Position numbers and translations under genes: made by a program
In this document: one piece after another, positions 41,844 to 50,347 of the stretch
How the letters are laid out: every line of letters begins with the position of its first letter
How positions within the stretch are numbered: position 1 is the first letter of the stretch
The notes under the pieces: model-generated
What the model saw: only the letters and a program-made list of their open reading frames with translations
Databases searched by the model: none
Told to the model about the DNA's origin: nothing
DNA from: an uncultured Pseudobdellovibrionaceae bacterium
Lineage (GTDB): Bacteria > Bdellovibrionota > FAC87 > UBA2466
DNA: 64,000 nt
NCBI GenBank assembly: GCA_964611895.1
Contig: CAZTDN010000008.1
Coordinates: 13,328-77,327 of the forward strand
Direction of reading: 5' to 3'

Positions 41844-41971
41844 AGTGGGAATAGCTTAAGCGGTTTTTGAGAAGTTGTAAAAAGGTACGCGGTGCCTGAC
41901 AGGAAACCGCTTTACCAATATCCCCCCTGTGGGACTTGTGAAGACTGGGAAAGAGCGTTAAATCTATCCTA

Positions 41972-42328
41972 ATGCCTTTGATTTTGAAAAAAGACATAGA
42001 CACTTCTTTACCGGAATGGAAAGCACGGCTTGGCGCCATTGTGCAGAAATGTGTCATGGCGGGTGCTGTTAATAGGATTTTCGTTTTCGGTTCTTTTGCA
42101 AGAGGTAAGATGACAGATGCATCAGACTTAGATGTCGCCGTCATACTGCCCGATTCTGAAAATGTCAGTGCCTTTCGAGACCGGCTGGCTCGTCCTCTTT
42201 CGGATTGGCCCTTGGATTTGCTTGTCGTCCATGAATCGCGTTATGAAGCACGAAAAGATTTTGGCGGTGTCCTATTCGAGGTAAAATCAGACGGCATTGA
42301 GATCTACCCAAACTGGTGCCTCAAATGA
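41972..42328 (+). CDS. Minimal nucleotidyltransferase (MNT) antitoxin-like protein
   Basis: 118 aa. GSFARGKMTDASDLDVAVIL = GS...D.D pol-beta NTase motif. 13-nt overlap with the downstream HEPN gene. Confidence 0.75.
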   Translation: MPLILKKDIDTSLPEWKARLGAIVQKCVMAGAVNRIFVFGSFARGKMTDASDLDVAVILPDSENVSAFRDRLARPLSDWPLDLLVVHESRYEARKDFGGVLFEVKSDGIEIYPNWCLK

Positions 42329-42738
42329 CCCCAAAAAAGCGAAAATTTGACAAAGAATACGCCGTTGAACTCTTGAAAATAGCTCAAGGCGATTTCGGAT
42401 CGGCCGTTGTGCTCAGTAAAAGCGAGGAAGGTAGAAAAGAAAATGTTCTTTTTTTGGGACAGCAATGTATTGAAAAATGCTTAAAAGCTGTGCTTTGCAG
42501 TTTGAATGAGCCAATCATTCACACGCATGATATCGAAGCGCTGCTTGCCTTGTTGCCAGACGATGTTGAACCACCATCTCCCTCTTCCCTAAAAACATTC
42601 ACTGAGTACGCAACGATCCGACGGTACGAAGAAGGGTACGAGGAACTAAACAAAAAAGATCTAAGAGACTCTTTAAAACTTGTCGAGTCCGTGCTTTCTT
42701 GGGCAAACACTGTTTGCAAGAAAAATCTGAAAAAGTAG
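42316..42738 (+). CDS. HEPN-domain toxin-like protein
   Basis: 140 aa, all-helical. Position and overlap with the MNT gene fit the HEPN/MNT operon architecture. An Rx4-6H-like motif is not obvious by eye. Confidence 0.6.
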   Translation: MPQMTPKKRKFDKEYAVELLKIAQGDFGSAVVLSKSEEGRKENVLFLGQQCIEKCLKAVLCSLNEPIIHTHDIEALLALLPDDVEPPSPSSLKTFTEYATIRRYEEGYEELNKKDLRDSLKLVESVLSWANTVCKKNLKK

Positions 42739-42765
42739 CCCCTCGTCTAACACTTTTTATTTTTA

Positions 42766-43383
42766 CTAAATCTTGCGTTGCAAGCCGACGACCTTTCCCT
42801 GGATCTGGAAGGCTTTATCGGTGACCGCAATGGGTTTCATTTTCTTGTTTTCCGGAACGAGGAAAACTCCCTGCGCCGTTTCCCGGTATCGTTTCACAGT
42901 GGTTTCGCCCCCTACCAAGGCAACAACAATGTCTCCGTTTCGCACGCGGGACCCAGTTTCCACTATCAAGTGGTCGCCCTCTAGGATCCCTGCTTCGATC
43001 ATGCTGTCTCCGACAACACGCAGGGCAAAACTAGGTTTTGCAGAAGTATCCTCTGAAACTAAAACAGACCCCAACTCAACTTGGGGCGTGTCCCTCAAGG
43101 GCCCTGCAGCGATTTCTCCGTAAATAGGAATCCGTTGAGTCCCCTGCGGTCGAAATCCCGCTGGAAAAAGCCCCCGCGCCTTGCGTCCGTTTTTGGCAGT
43201 TTTAGGATCGTCTAAGTAGCCCTTGCGGATCAGCGCTTTGACATACCCTTGAACTGTTCCCACGGCCTTAAAACCAAAGTGGTCTTGGATTTCACGGTAA
43301 GAGGGCGGCGCGCCATGAGTGGCACACGTGTCTTTAATAAAGTTCAAGACATCTTGTTGCGAACTCGTCAGCGGGCTTTTCAT
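42766..43383 (-). CDS. lexA: LexA repressor (S24 peptidase)
   Basis: Winged-helix N-terminus; Ala-Gly cleavage region; GDSM motif VVGDSMIEAGI; Lys in TTVKRY. Start taken at MKSPLTS (43383). Confidence 0.9.
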   Translation of the reverse strand: MKSPLTSSQQDVLNFIKDTCATHGAPPSYREIQDHFGFKAVGTVQGYVKALIRKGYLDDPKTAKNGRKARGLFPAGFRPQGTQRIPIYGEIAAGPLRDTPQVELGSVLVSEDTSAKPSFALRVVGDSMIEAGILEGDHLIVETGSRVRNGDIVVALVGGETTVKRYRETAQGVFLVPENKKMKPIAVTDKAFQIQGKVVGLQRKI

Positions 43384-43409
43384 TTTTTTCTTTTTCCCCC
43401 TACCAAAAA

Positions 43410-43425
43410 CATACAAATGTATGTA
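43410..43425. promoter_or_regulatory. Candidate LexA operator: 16-bp palindrome ACATACAAATGTATGT in the lexA / imuA divergent intergenic region
   Basis: Perfect 7-bp inverted arms (ACATACA / TGTATGT) with a 2-bp centre, sitting in the 52-bp gap between divergent lexA and the imuA-like gene. Confidence 0.45.
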
Positions 43426-43435
43426 TGTCATAAAA

Positions 43436-43894
43436 ATGGGCCTTTTGTCTAGTTCTACTTCTTCTTTAAACGCTCGGGGAGGGTTAACCCAGGTCCTCGC
43501 CCAACAAACCCTCGCTCCTGTTCAGGCCACCTTAAACAAAGCTTTAGAATCCTCTCACACTGACGAAGATTATTTTTTCTGGGCCTCAGACGAGGGCATC
43601 CTCTATCCCGAGGCCCTTTTATACCGCTGGAAAATCCCTCTCTCACGGTTCTTATTAGTACAAGCACGGGATGCCTCTGAAGTTTGGCGCCTGGGGTTAG
43701 AAGCCTCTCAAACAGGGCTATTTCGCCTTCTTTTCCTCAGAGCTTCTCGGCTCTGCCATCTCCCCCTATTGAGAAAACTCCAACTCTGCGCCGAGAAAAA
43801 CCAGTGTGATGTTTTTATCCTCACCCACACCCCCCTTCCCCATTGGACACTCAAAAAATGCGGACCCTTTATATCCAAAGCCCACACTCTTTAA
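43436..43894 (+). CDS. imuA: ImuA-like protein (short ImuA' type) of the imuA-imuB-dnaE2 mutagenesis cassette
   Basis: About 152 aa from ATG 43436. Call based mainly on synteny (divergent from lexA, followed by imuB and dnaE2). No Walker motifs, consistent with ImuA' variants. Confidence 0.5.
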   Translation: MGLLSSSTSSLNARGGLTQVLAQQTLAPVQATLNKALESSHTDEDYFFWASDEGILYPEALLYRWKIPLSRFLLVQARDASEVWRLGLEASQTGLFRLLFLRASRLCHLPLLRKLQLCAEKNQCDVFILTHTPLPHWTLKKCGPFISKAHTL

Positions 43895-45081
43895 GCGTTC
43901 TGGCGGAGAGCTGTTTTGCGCTCACCCCCAAAGTTACCTTGTGCGGTCTGCACCACCTGTACCTGGATATCCAGCCCACTTTGCGTGCTCTCGGAGGCGA
44001 AAACACAATCTGGTCTCACGCTGAGCATCTCACTGAGACTTTTGCCTCCTCGTATCAAATGATTCTTGTCGACAGGCCCGAGTGGGCACGCGCGCTGGTG
44101 CAAAAAACTCCAGAGCGTATTCCAACCGGAAAAAGCGCGGCCAGGCTCAAGCTCCTGCCTATTGAAAAACTTTTTTTCATCGGAGATCCACTCACTGAGA
44201 ACGCCGCAGAAAAAAAACGGCTCATCGTTTTTTTAAAAAAAGTCGGCATGCGGACCATTGGGGATTTTATCGCCATTCCAACAGCCTCGATCTTGCGGCG
44301 TTTTGGAAAAGAAGGGGAATCTCTCCACCTCTATGCCAAAGGGAACACCTCTCTTTGTTTGCCTTTATATGCCCCTCAAGATCTTATTGAGACATTTATA
44401 GATGCTGATGAGTTTTTCTCTTTAGATGCACTTTTGTTTAGTTTGCGACAAGCTCTTATCCGAATAGAAGCTCGCTTGCGAGGACGCGCCCTATCCGCGC
44501 GTTCTATTCAGCTCACTTTTCATCTAGAATCTCACCCGCCTATCGCCAAAACCCTACCACTCAACGAACCACTCCAAGAAGCTCAGGCGATATTGCGCAT
44601 CCTCAAGGAATTTCTGCAGAACCTTCACTGGGAGTCGCCCCTAGTGCGACTCCATCTCAAAATTATCGAAACAGCACCCCACACCCCTGGCCAGCTCTCC
44701 CTTTTGGATGATTTTGAAAACAAGTCTCACTCACTTGCGCATTATGTCGCAAGGCTCCGGGCCCGCTTAGGAGAAGATAGAGCGGGTTTTGCCCTTCTCC
44801 ACTCCAGCCACTTGCCCGAACAGTCTTTTTCTCTATCGTGGCCAGCACGCTCTGCCTGTGACCATCGAGACCCTTTCCCCGAACGCCCGCTTTTTCTGTT
44901 CTCTCCCCCACGGCCTTTTTCTCTTTCGCCACTGTGGAAACTAGAGCCCACTGAGTCTCTTTTTACTCAGTGGTGGGAATCAGGAGGGACCAGAGAATAT
45001 TTCACTGCCCGAAAGGAAAGTGAATGCCTGTGGGTTTACCGTACCCCAAGTGGAGAATGGTTTGCTCATGGCGTTTTCTAG
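43858..45081 (+). CDS. imuB: ImuB: Y-family DNA-polymerase-like protein (catalytically inactive paralogue)
   Basis: About 407 aa, between the imuA-like gene and dnaE2. Y-family palm/fingers-like N-terminal region; overlaps both neighbours. Confidence 0.7.
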   Translation: MRTLYIQSPHSLSVLAESCFALTPKVTLCGLHHLYLDIQPTLRALGGENTIWSHAEHLTETFASSYQMILVDRPEWARALVQKTPERIPTGKSAARLKLLPIEKLFFIGDPLTENAAEKKRLIVFLKKVGMRTIGDFIAIPTASILRRFGKEGESLHLYAKGNTSLCLPLYAPQDLIETFIDADEFFSLDALLFSLRQALIRIEARLRGRALSARSIQLTFHLESHPPIAKTLPLNEPLQEAQAILRILKEFLQNLHWESPLVRLHLKIIETAPHTPGQLSLLDDFENKSHSLAHYVARLRARLGEDRAGFALLHSSHLPEQSFSLSWPARSACDHRDPFPERPLFLFSPPRPFSLSPLWKLEPTESLFTQWWESGGTREYFTARKESECLWVYRTPSGEWFAHGVF

Positions 45082-48000
45082 ACCCTTTGCTGAACTTGCC
45101 GCCAAGAGTAATTACTCTTTCCTAGAAGGTGCCTCTCACCCAGAAGAACTCGTCACTCAGGCCAAAGCACTGGGCTACAGAGCGCTTGCTGTGGTGGACC
45201 GCTTGGGTGTGTATGGAAGCCCTCGATGCCATATCGCCGCAAAAGCGCAAAGGCTCCATTTCATCGTCGGAGCAGAAGTCCCTGTCGAGGGAATGCGGGC
45301 GCTGCTGCTCGCCAAAAACCGCAACGGCTACGGCAACCTATGTGAACTGCTTACCACTGCGCACTCTGACCGAGACAACCCCACTGCCCCGCTCGAAACC
45401 CTATTGTCTTTTTCAAAGGACTTGTACCTGTTGCTTCCCGCATGGAAACTCCCCACCGAAAAAGTCCCTCTGCTTCAAGAGGCTTTTGGGAAGAATCTAT
45501 CTCTTCTTGTTAGTCTAGCTCTGGATGGTTGCGACAAAGCCCGCCTTTCGGCCGCCAAGCAAGCCTCAAAGCAATTCCAACTCTCCTGCACCGCGAGCAA
45601 CGAGCCGCTTTTTCACGAACCACAACGTAAACCCTTGCAAGATGTTCTCACCTGCATCCGCCATGGTTGCACTTTAACTCAGGGAGGAACTCGACTACTG
45701 CCCAATGCGCACCGTTGTTTAAAGTCACCCGAGCAAATGTATGCGCTCTTTTCTCAACACCCGGAGTGGGTACAGCACTCAGTGGAAATCGCCTCTCAAT
45801 GCGCTTTTTCTCTCGACGAGATCCGGTACCGATACCCAACAGAATGGATCCCGAGCAACCACACCGGGGACTCGTACTTGGCAGAACTCGCGTGGGAGGG
45901 AGTCAAGAAACAGTATGGCCACAATCCTTCAAAAAAAGTACAAGAACTCCTAAAGCAAGAGCTCTCGCTGATCCAAGAGCTGGAGTACAGCGATTATTTT
46001 CTCACGATTTGGGACATAGTCTGTTTTGCGCGATCTCAGGGGATCTTGTGTCAAGGGCGCGGCTCGGCGGCCAATTCTTTGGTTTGTTATGTATTAGGAA
46101 TCACGTCGATTGACCCGGCTCACTTGGATCTTTTGTTTGAACGTTTTATTTCTCGTGAAAGGCGAGAACCTCCTGATATTGACATCGACTTTGAACACGA
46201 ACGCCGCGAAGAAATCATTCAGTACATTTATCAACGGTATGGCAGACACCGCGCTGCGATCACCGCAGAAGTGATTTGCTTTAGAAAACGATCTGCGTTG
46301 CGAGAGGTCGCCAAGGTTTTTGAAATATCGATTGCCACAGTGGAATCTCTCCAGACGTTAACGCACCGTCGATCTTTGGATGAAATCGATTTGAAGGCTC
46401 TGCAATCAACGGCCACGTCTGTTCCCTCTGAAAAAATGGCTTTGTACTTTTCGATGGTCCGAGCCATCCGGTCTTTTCCCAGACATTTGGGCACCCATGT
46501 GGGTGGGTTTGTTCTGTGCCAAGATGCTCTGTCACGCAATGTCCCCATTGAAAAAGCCGCGATGGAAAACCGGACTATTGTCCAATGGGATAAGAACGAC
46601 CTCGATGCGTTGGGCTTTGTGCGGGTGGATATCTTAGGTTTGGGAATTCTTACTGCTATTCGAAAAGCGTTTGATCTTATCCAACAGAGCCGTGGTGTTT
46701 CTTGGACACTTGCGTCTTTGCCCAGGGAGGATCCTGCTGTTTATGACTCTGTTTGTGCGGCTGATACTGTGGGTGTTTTTCAGATTGAGTCGCGTGCGCA
46801 GATGAACATGCTCCCACGGCTTCGCCCTCGTTGTTTTTATGATTTGGTGATTGAGATTTCTCTGGTTCGACCAGGACCGATACAGGGCGACATGGTGCAC
46901 CCGTACTTAAAGCGACGCAATGGAGAGGAGCGTATTGAGTACGCACACCCGGAGCTAGAGGCCATCTTAAAAAAAACCTGTGGGGTTCCTTTGTTTCAGG
47001 AACAGATCATGAAAATAGCCATGACAGTCGCAGGTTTTACCGGGGGCCAGGCTGACGAGCTGCGACGCGCGATGGGATCGTGGCGACGCGACGGGCACAA
47101 TCGACTGAGCAGCTTGGGAGATAGGTTTCGTCAGGGGCTTATCGATCGGGGAATCTCTGTCGACTATGCGCAACGTGTTTTTCAACAGATTGAGGGGTTT
47201 GCCGAGTATGGGTTTCCGGAGTCTCATGCGGCTTCGTTTGCAGTACTCGTCTATGCCACGGCTTACCTGAAGCACTATTATCCCGATGCGTTTCTTGCGG
47301 CTTTGCTCAACTCTCAGCCCATGGGGTTTTACAGTCCACACAGTCTTTTGCACGATGGAATGCGGCACGGGGTTAAAGTGGATGGCATTTCAATTCAAGA
47401 ATCTTTTTGGGACAACACGATTCCAAGCCCCATGCATTTGCGTTTGGGGTTTCGACAAATCCGTGGCTTCCGCAAGCAAGTCGCATTTGCCATTGAGTCT
47501 GCACGCGCGAGTGGGTTTGGCTCTTTTGAAGACTGTATTGAGAAAACAGCCCAGGCTTTGCGCCCCACTGCCCTCACAAAGCGAGATCTATTTGGCCTCG
47601 CAGGGGCCGGAGCTTTTGAGTGCCTGGGAATTTCTCGCAGGCAAAGCCTGTGGGAGATCCAGAAAATGGCTTTGGCGGATAGCTTTGCTTTTCAAGCCAC
47701 CGAAGTACCTTTTGAGCTCCCAGTCGAAGAGGATTGGGAGCGGATTTCCTCGGACTATGAAGCACAGGGGGTGTGCTTGCATACGCACCCGGTTTCTTAT
47801 TTTAGAGAGGAGCTGAGTGGTCAGGGGGTAGTGTCTTCGGACAGGTTGAAGAACTGCGTAGAAAACCAGCGCATTCAAGTGGCTGGGTTAGTGATTTGCC
47901 GGCAGCAACCGCCAACAGCATCGGGAGTGCTTTTTATCACGCTCGAAGATGAGGGAGGCTTTATCAATCTGGTGATTTGGAAAAAGGTCTTTGAGCAGTA

Positions 48001-48160
48001 CCGCGAGGCGCTTCTGACTCAGTCTTTTTTGGTTTGTGGGGGGCGCATTCAGCGTGCTCAGGGGACGCAGGTGACGCATGTTTTGGTAGATAAAGTAGCC
48101 CCTCTTCTGGCTGTATACAACGAGCCTTGGGCCGGGCCGATTTCTTATGATTTTCATTAA
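45068..48160 (+). CDS. dnaE2: Error-prone DNA polymerase DnaE2 (ImuC)
   Basis: N-terminal PHP domain FAELAAKSNYSFLEGASHPEEL; Pol III alpha core with catalytic GVFQIESRAQMNM... region; OB fold at the C-terminus. About 1030 aa. Confidence 0.9.
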   Translation: MAFSRPFAELAAKSNYSFLEGASHPEELVTQAKALGYRALAVVDRLGVYGSPRCHIAAKAQRLHFIVGAEVPVEGMRALLLAKNRNGYGNLCELLTTAHSDRDNPTAPLETLLSFSKDLYLLLPAWKLPTEKVPLLQEAFGKNLSLLVSLALDGCDKARLSAAKQASKQFQLSCTASNEPLFHEPQRKPLQDVLTCIRHGCTLTQGGTRLLPNAHRCLKSPEQMYALFSQHPEWVQHSVEIASQCAFSLDEIRYRYPTEWIPSNHTGDSYLAELAWEGVKKQYGHNPSKKVQELLKQELSLIQELEYSDYFLTIWDIVCFARSQGILCQGRGSAANSLVCYVLGITSIDPAHLDLLFERFISRERREPPDIDIDFEHERREEIIQYIYQRYGRHRAAITAEVICFRKRSALREVAKVFEISIATVESLQTLTHRRSLDEIDLKALQSTATSVPSEKMALYFSMVRAIRSFPRHLGTHVGGFVLCQDALSRNVPIEKAAMENRTIVQWDKNDLDALGFVRVDILGLGILTAIRKAFDLIQQSRGVSWTLASLPREDPAVYDSVCAADTVGVFQIESRAQMNMLPRLRPRCFYDLVIEISLVRPGPIQGDMVHPYLKRRNGEERIEYAHPELEAILKKTCGVPLFQEQIMKIAMTVAGFTGGQADELRRAMGSWRRDGHNRLSSLGDRFRQGLIDRGISVDYAQRVFQQIEGFAEYGFPESHAASFAVLVYATAYLKHYYPDAFLAALLNSQPMGFYSPHSLLHDGMRHGVKVDGISIQESFWDNTIPSPMHLRLGFRQIRGFRKQVAFAIESARASGFGSFEDCIEKTAQALRPTALTKRDLFGLAGAGAFECLGISRRQSLWEIQKMALADSFAFQATEVPFELPVEEDWERISSDYEAQGVCLHTHPVSYFREELSGQGVVSSDRLKNCVENQRIQVAGLVICRQQPPTASGVLFITLEDEGGFINLVIWKKVFEQYREALLTQSFLVCGGRIQRAQGTQVTHVLVDKVAPLLAVYNEPWAGPISYDFH

Positions 48161-48256
48161 CTTAGGGTGTATTCTCTGGGTGAATACCACGAACAAAAAG
48201 CATTCGTTTCATAAATAAAAAGAAACTCCCTAAAATAGAATCATTGGGAGAAAGCG

Positions 48257-48730
48257 ATGATACGAATTGTTTTGATTCTGCTCGCGTTGATCCAGGCCAT
48301 TGAGACGTTTGCTTCGAACGGGCTGTGCAGCTCGATGGGCTCACCAAACATCCCAGGGTATGACTACCGAAACTGTGGGTCGTACTGGACGCCTACCGAA
48401 GGGGCGGTGTTGTCGATTTACAAGTCGGAACAGTACACGGGTTCGACGCATGTGTACCATGTAACGGTGGAGTTCTACCAAAGCACGATAGACATTACGA
48501 ACTACGTTTCATGTCGTGTGGTTGAAGTGGTAAAGCGCAGTGGATCGACCAAAAGCAGAAAGACTTTGGGATCGTTCGCCCCGCAAACTAACGGCCCGAA
48601 CCAGCGGTATTCTTATACGAGCACGTTTGTAGAGAAAAAGAATTACGAAGTGTACTACTCGCTGCAGTGCCGGGAAGCGTGGAGCATGAGCTACCAGACA
48701 GTAGCCGAAGCGGAAGATTCCGACCCCTAA
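48257..48730 (+). CDS. Small secreted hypothetical protein (157 aa, 4 Cys)
   Basis: Signal peptide MIRIVLILLALIQAIETFA. AT-rich upstream region (48161-48256). Sits in a lower-GC stretch after dnaE2. Confidence 0.45.
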   Translation: MIRIVLILLALIQAIETFASNGLCSSMGSPNIPGYDYRNCGSYWTPTEGAVLSIYKSEQYTGSTHVYHVTVEFYQSTIDITNYVSCRVVEVVKRSGSTKSRKTLGSFAPQTNGPNQRYSYTSTFVEKKNYEVYYSLQCREAWSMSYQTVAEAEDSDP

Positions 48731-48884
48731 CAGAAATACTAACCGTTGCCGTGGAAGAGGTGGTTTGGTACAGGATAGGTCTTCTTTTTAGGGGGCCCGT
48801 AGCTCATCTGCCCAAAGGGAGCAAAGCGACCGTTTCAATGGTTGTGCTCTCCCAGATGAGCGACGCGATCTCCGAAAATTATGG

Positions 48885-48960
48885 GGGCCCGTAGCTCATC
48901 TGGGAGAGCGCCACAATGGCATTGTGGAGGTAGCGCGTTCGATCCGCGTCGGGTCCACCA
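48885..48960 (+). tRNA. tRNA-Ala (anticodon GGC)
   Basis: Folded by hand: acceptor GGGCCCG/CGGGTCC with the G3:U70 Ala identity pair, D-arm GCTC-ATCTGGGA-GAGC, anticodon stem CCACA/TGTGG with loop ATGGCAT (U33, GGC, A37), 5-nt variable loop, T-arm GCGCG-TTCGATC-CGCGT, discriminator A, encoded CCA. Confidence 0.9.
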
Positions 48961-49074
48961 ATCCCCTTTCAATAAAAAGGGCTCTACTCCATCCGAGGAG
49001 CCACCCCCGTCCCTTCTCCCTCTACGGACCAGTCCATAGACGCCCAAAAAATCGCCGATCGGTGTTTTGAGCAG

Positions 49075-49440
49075 ATGTCAGACCAATCTCGCGCCCTAGC
49101 TGCCAATTTTGCCGATACCAGCGTTTCGGGCACCCACGTAGTAGATTACTCTAAGGCCACGTGGACCTATGTGGGAGAGGTACTGACCACAGGTCGGCGA
49201 ACTCTCAAACGGTGGCATGTCTCGGCCGATATTCGAGTCCATTGTCCGCTAACCAACCAAAGCGTGAGCACTTCAGCATCGGCTTGGTGGAGCGTAGGAA
49301 TGGAACGTTGCGATTCTCTCAGCGCATCGGTATATCGCATTGGAACTCTCACACCCCAGTGAGTACAACGTTCAGAAACTACTTTACCTACCACCCCCTC
49401 AACAACCTCCACACCGCTACTCCACACTTAATTCGGTAAA
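49075..49440 (+). pseudogene. Possible degraded rve-family (DDE) transposase/integrase C-terminal remnant
   Basis: Across two frames: ...IRVHCPLTNQ / ...LVERRNGTLRFSQ...YFTYHPLNNLHTATP. This resembles the rve C-terminus PxTNGKVERFNRTLK...YNxxRPHxxLxxxTP. No intact ORF. Adjacent to the tRNA. Confidence 0.25.
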
Positions 49441-49508
49441 TTTGTTTTAGTTGATTATTGGGAGCACAGCTTGTTTTGCAAAGGTTCGCTGCAGTACAAT
49501 TATCTCAA

Positions 49509-50252
49509 ATGATTCTACGCGCCATCCTTTTCGGCCTATTGCTGGGTTTCGGCGCGTCCATTGGAGCGGCCGAAGAACACGCGAACAGTGCTGTGGAGTC
49601 ATCGGAGGAACCGCACTCCCCTGTCCTGGCAAAGCTGGAACAACCACCCAAAGACTCCTCGACTGATTTGGAAAAGCAGGCATCGAAGGTGCGTGAACGA
49701 TTGAGGTCACTGGACAAGGATATCATCACCTCGAAAGCAAAAGTCGATACCCTTGAACCTTCGGCCAATTCGATACTCAAACGACGTGAGCAACTCCAAG
49801 TTGAAGCCTTTAAACTCAGCCGCACTGACCAAAATCGAAATCGCCTACTGCAAGAAATGAAGCAGTTATCCGCTGAGCTAAAACCCTATGAAGAGGCCAA
49901 AACAGAATTGGAGAATTTAAAGTTCGAACGGCGAAAGTTTATTGATGATTCAACGGAAGTTGCCATGAAGTACAATAACTACCTCCGACGCCAGCTTCTT
50001 GAGACCACGAACAACACGAACACCTCGGATGCCATCCCGGATACGGTTTATGAAAAACTAAAATCGCTCACATTGGAAACGGGATACACACTGAACCTAC
50101 CAATGATAGGCCTGGGTGGGGGAATTCGTGTTCCAGAACGTTTTGGTGAAGATCACTTTATTGATCGGTCCCTCTCTGAAGACATTCGGAATATCGATCT
50201 TGTAAATCACATGCGCTGGATCAACGAGAACTACCGTCGTAGCCTAAAATAA
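49509..50252 (+). CDS. Secreted coiled-coil protein, hypothetical
   Basis: Start at MILRAILFGLLLGFGASIGAAEE (signal peptide). Central heptad-rich region (KVRERLRSLDKDIITSKAKVDTLE...EEAKTELENLKFERRKF). Lower GC than flanking genes. Confidence 0.5.
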   Translation: MILRAILFGLLLGFGASIGAAEEHANSAVESSEEPHSPVLAKLEQPPKDSSTDLEKQASKVRERLRSLDKDIITSKAKVDTLEPSANSILKRREQLQVEAFKLSRTDQNRNRLLQEMKQLSAELKPYEEAKTELENLKFERRKFIDDSTEVAMKYNNYLRRQLLETTNNTNTSDAIPDTVYEKLKSLTLETGYTLNLPMIGLGGGIRVPERFGEDHFIDRSLSEDIRNIDLVNHMRWINENYRRSLK

Positions 50253-50347
50253 TGAATCTTAAAAACAGACTGTTATTTAGAATTGAATCCAATTCCACTA
50301 TGTCCCTTTGCAGGTAGGATCAAATGCGGATTGAAACAAAAAAAAAC

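Noticed and set aside
43319-43435. Upstream extension of the imuA-like ORF (MAHVSLIKFKTSCC...)
   Set aside because: It would overlap the lexA start codon and run through the candidate operator. The downstream ATG at 43436 gives a cleaner divergent arrangement.
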